Assembly (NCBI GenBank): GCA_012718915.1
Contig: JAAYBI010000063.1
Coordinates: forward strand, 1-39,798
Origin: Clostridiaceae bacterium
GTDB lineage: Bacteria > Bacillota > Clostridia > Saccharofermentanales > Saccharofermentanaceae
Length of the DNA: 39,798 nucleotides
Direction: 5' to 3'
Each line of letters starts with the position of its first letter. The stretch's first letter is position 1. The position numbers and the translations under genes are program-made. The notes beneath the pieces were generated by a model that was not told the origin of the DNA, did no database searches, and worked only from the letters and a program-made list of their open reading frames with translations. Below are positions 39,755-39,798 of this stretch, in pieces.

Positions 39755-39798
39755 TTTATTCTCATTTATAATCGATTCAAGCAATTTTGCCGCATTAA

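Noticed and set aside
1-39798. CRISPR arrays, transposases, IS elements, rRNA genes
   Set aside because: No regularly spaced direct repeats with unique spacers, no DDE transposase or terminal inverted repeats, and no rRNA-like sequence were seen anywhere in the window.

Overview
Chromosomal segment from a low-GC Gram-positive anaerobe. A Clostridia-class Firmicute is likely, inferred from three things: the tilS-hpt-ftsH gene order, prmC lying upstream of prfA, and a hydE/hydF/hydG [FeFe]-hydrogenase maturation cluster. Most of the window is housekeeping. On the minus strand, left to right: ftsH, hpt, tilS, dnaB, rplI, rpsR, ssb, rpsF, a sua5/tsaC gene fused in-frame to a ywlE-type phosphatase, prfA, then later prmC, a DUF1385 gene, hydF-hydE-hydG with a small TM1266-like regulator, rpmE, rho and mreB/mbl. 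On the plus strand: leuS, tRNA-Thr(UGU) with a consensus promoter and terminator, an NlpC/P60 cell-wall hydrolase, and a second hpt paralog. The ancestral Firmicute block rho-rpmE-...-prmC-prfA-sua5-ywlE is recognisable but interrupted by several accessory insertions. (1) An oppositely oriented two-gene operon, an IscU/NifU-like 3-Cys scaffold protein plus a GGGtGRT-motif protein of unknown function, sits between prfA and prmC together with DUF1836 and DUF951 genes. (2) The hyd maturation cluster. (3) A PAS-GGDEF cyclase next to a membrane-anchored CBM2-like protein with a Pro14 run encoded by 9-bp tandem repeats. (4) Rho carries a roughly 300-aa disordered N-terminal insertion. (5) Near the right end is a cytidylate-kinase-like protein fused to a DUF559/Vsr-like nuclease-fold domain, immediately followed by the second HPRT. 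No CRISPR array, transposase or integrase was seen. The best candidate for an undescribed system is the NifU-like + GGGtGRT pair, which lies in an anaerobic Fe-S / hydrogenase-maturation neighbourhood. Second is the kinase-nuclease-fold fusion + HPRT pair. Everything rests on motif reading of the supplied translations. No database search could be run.
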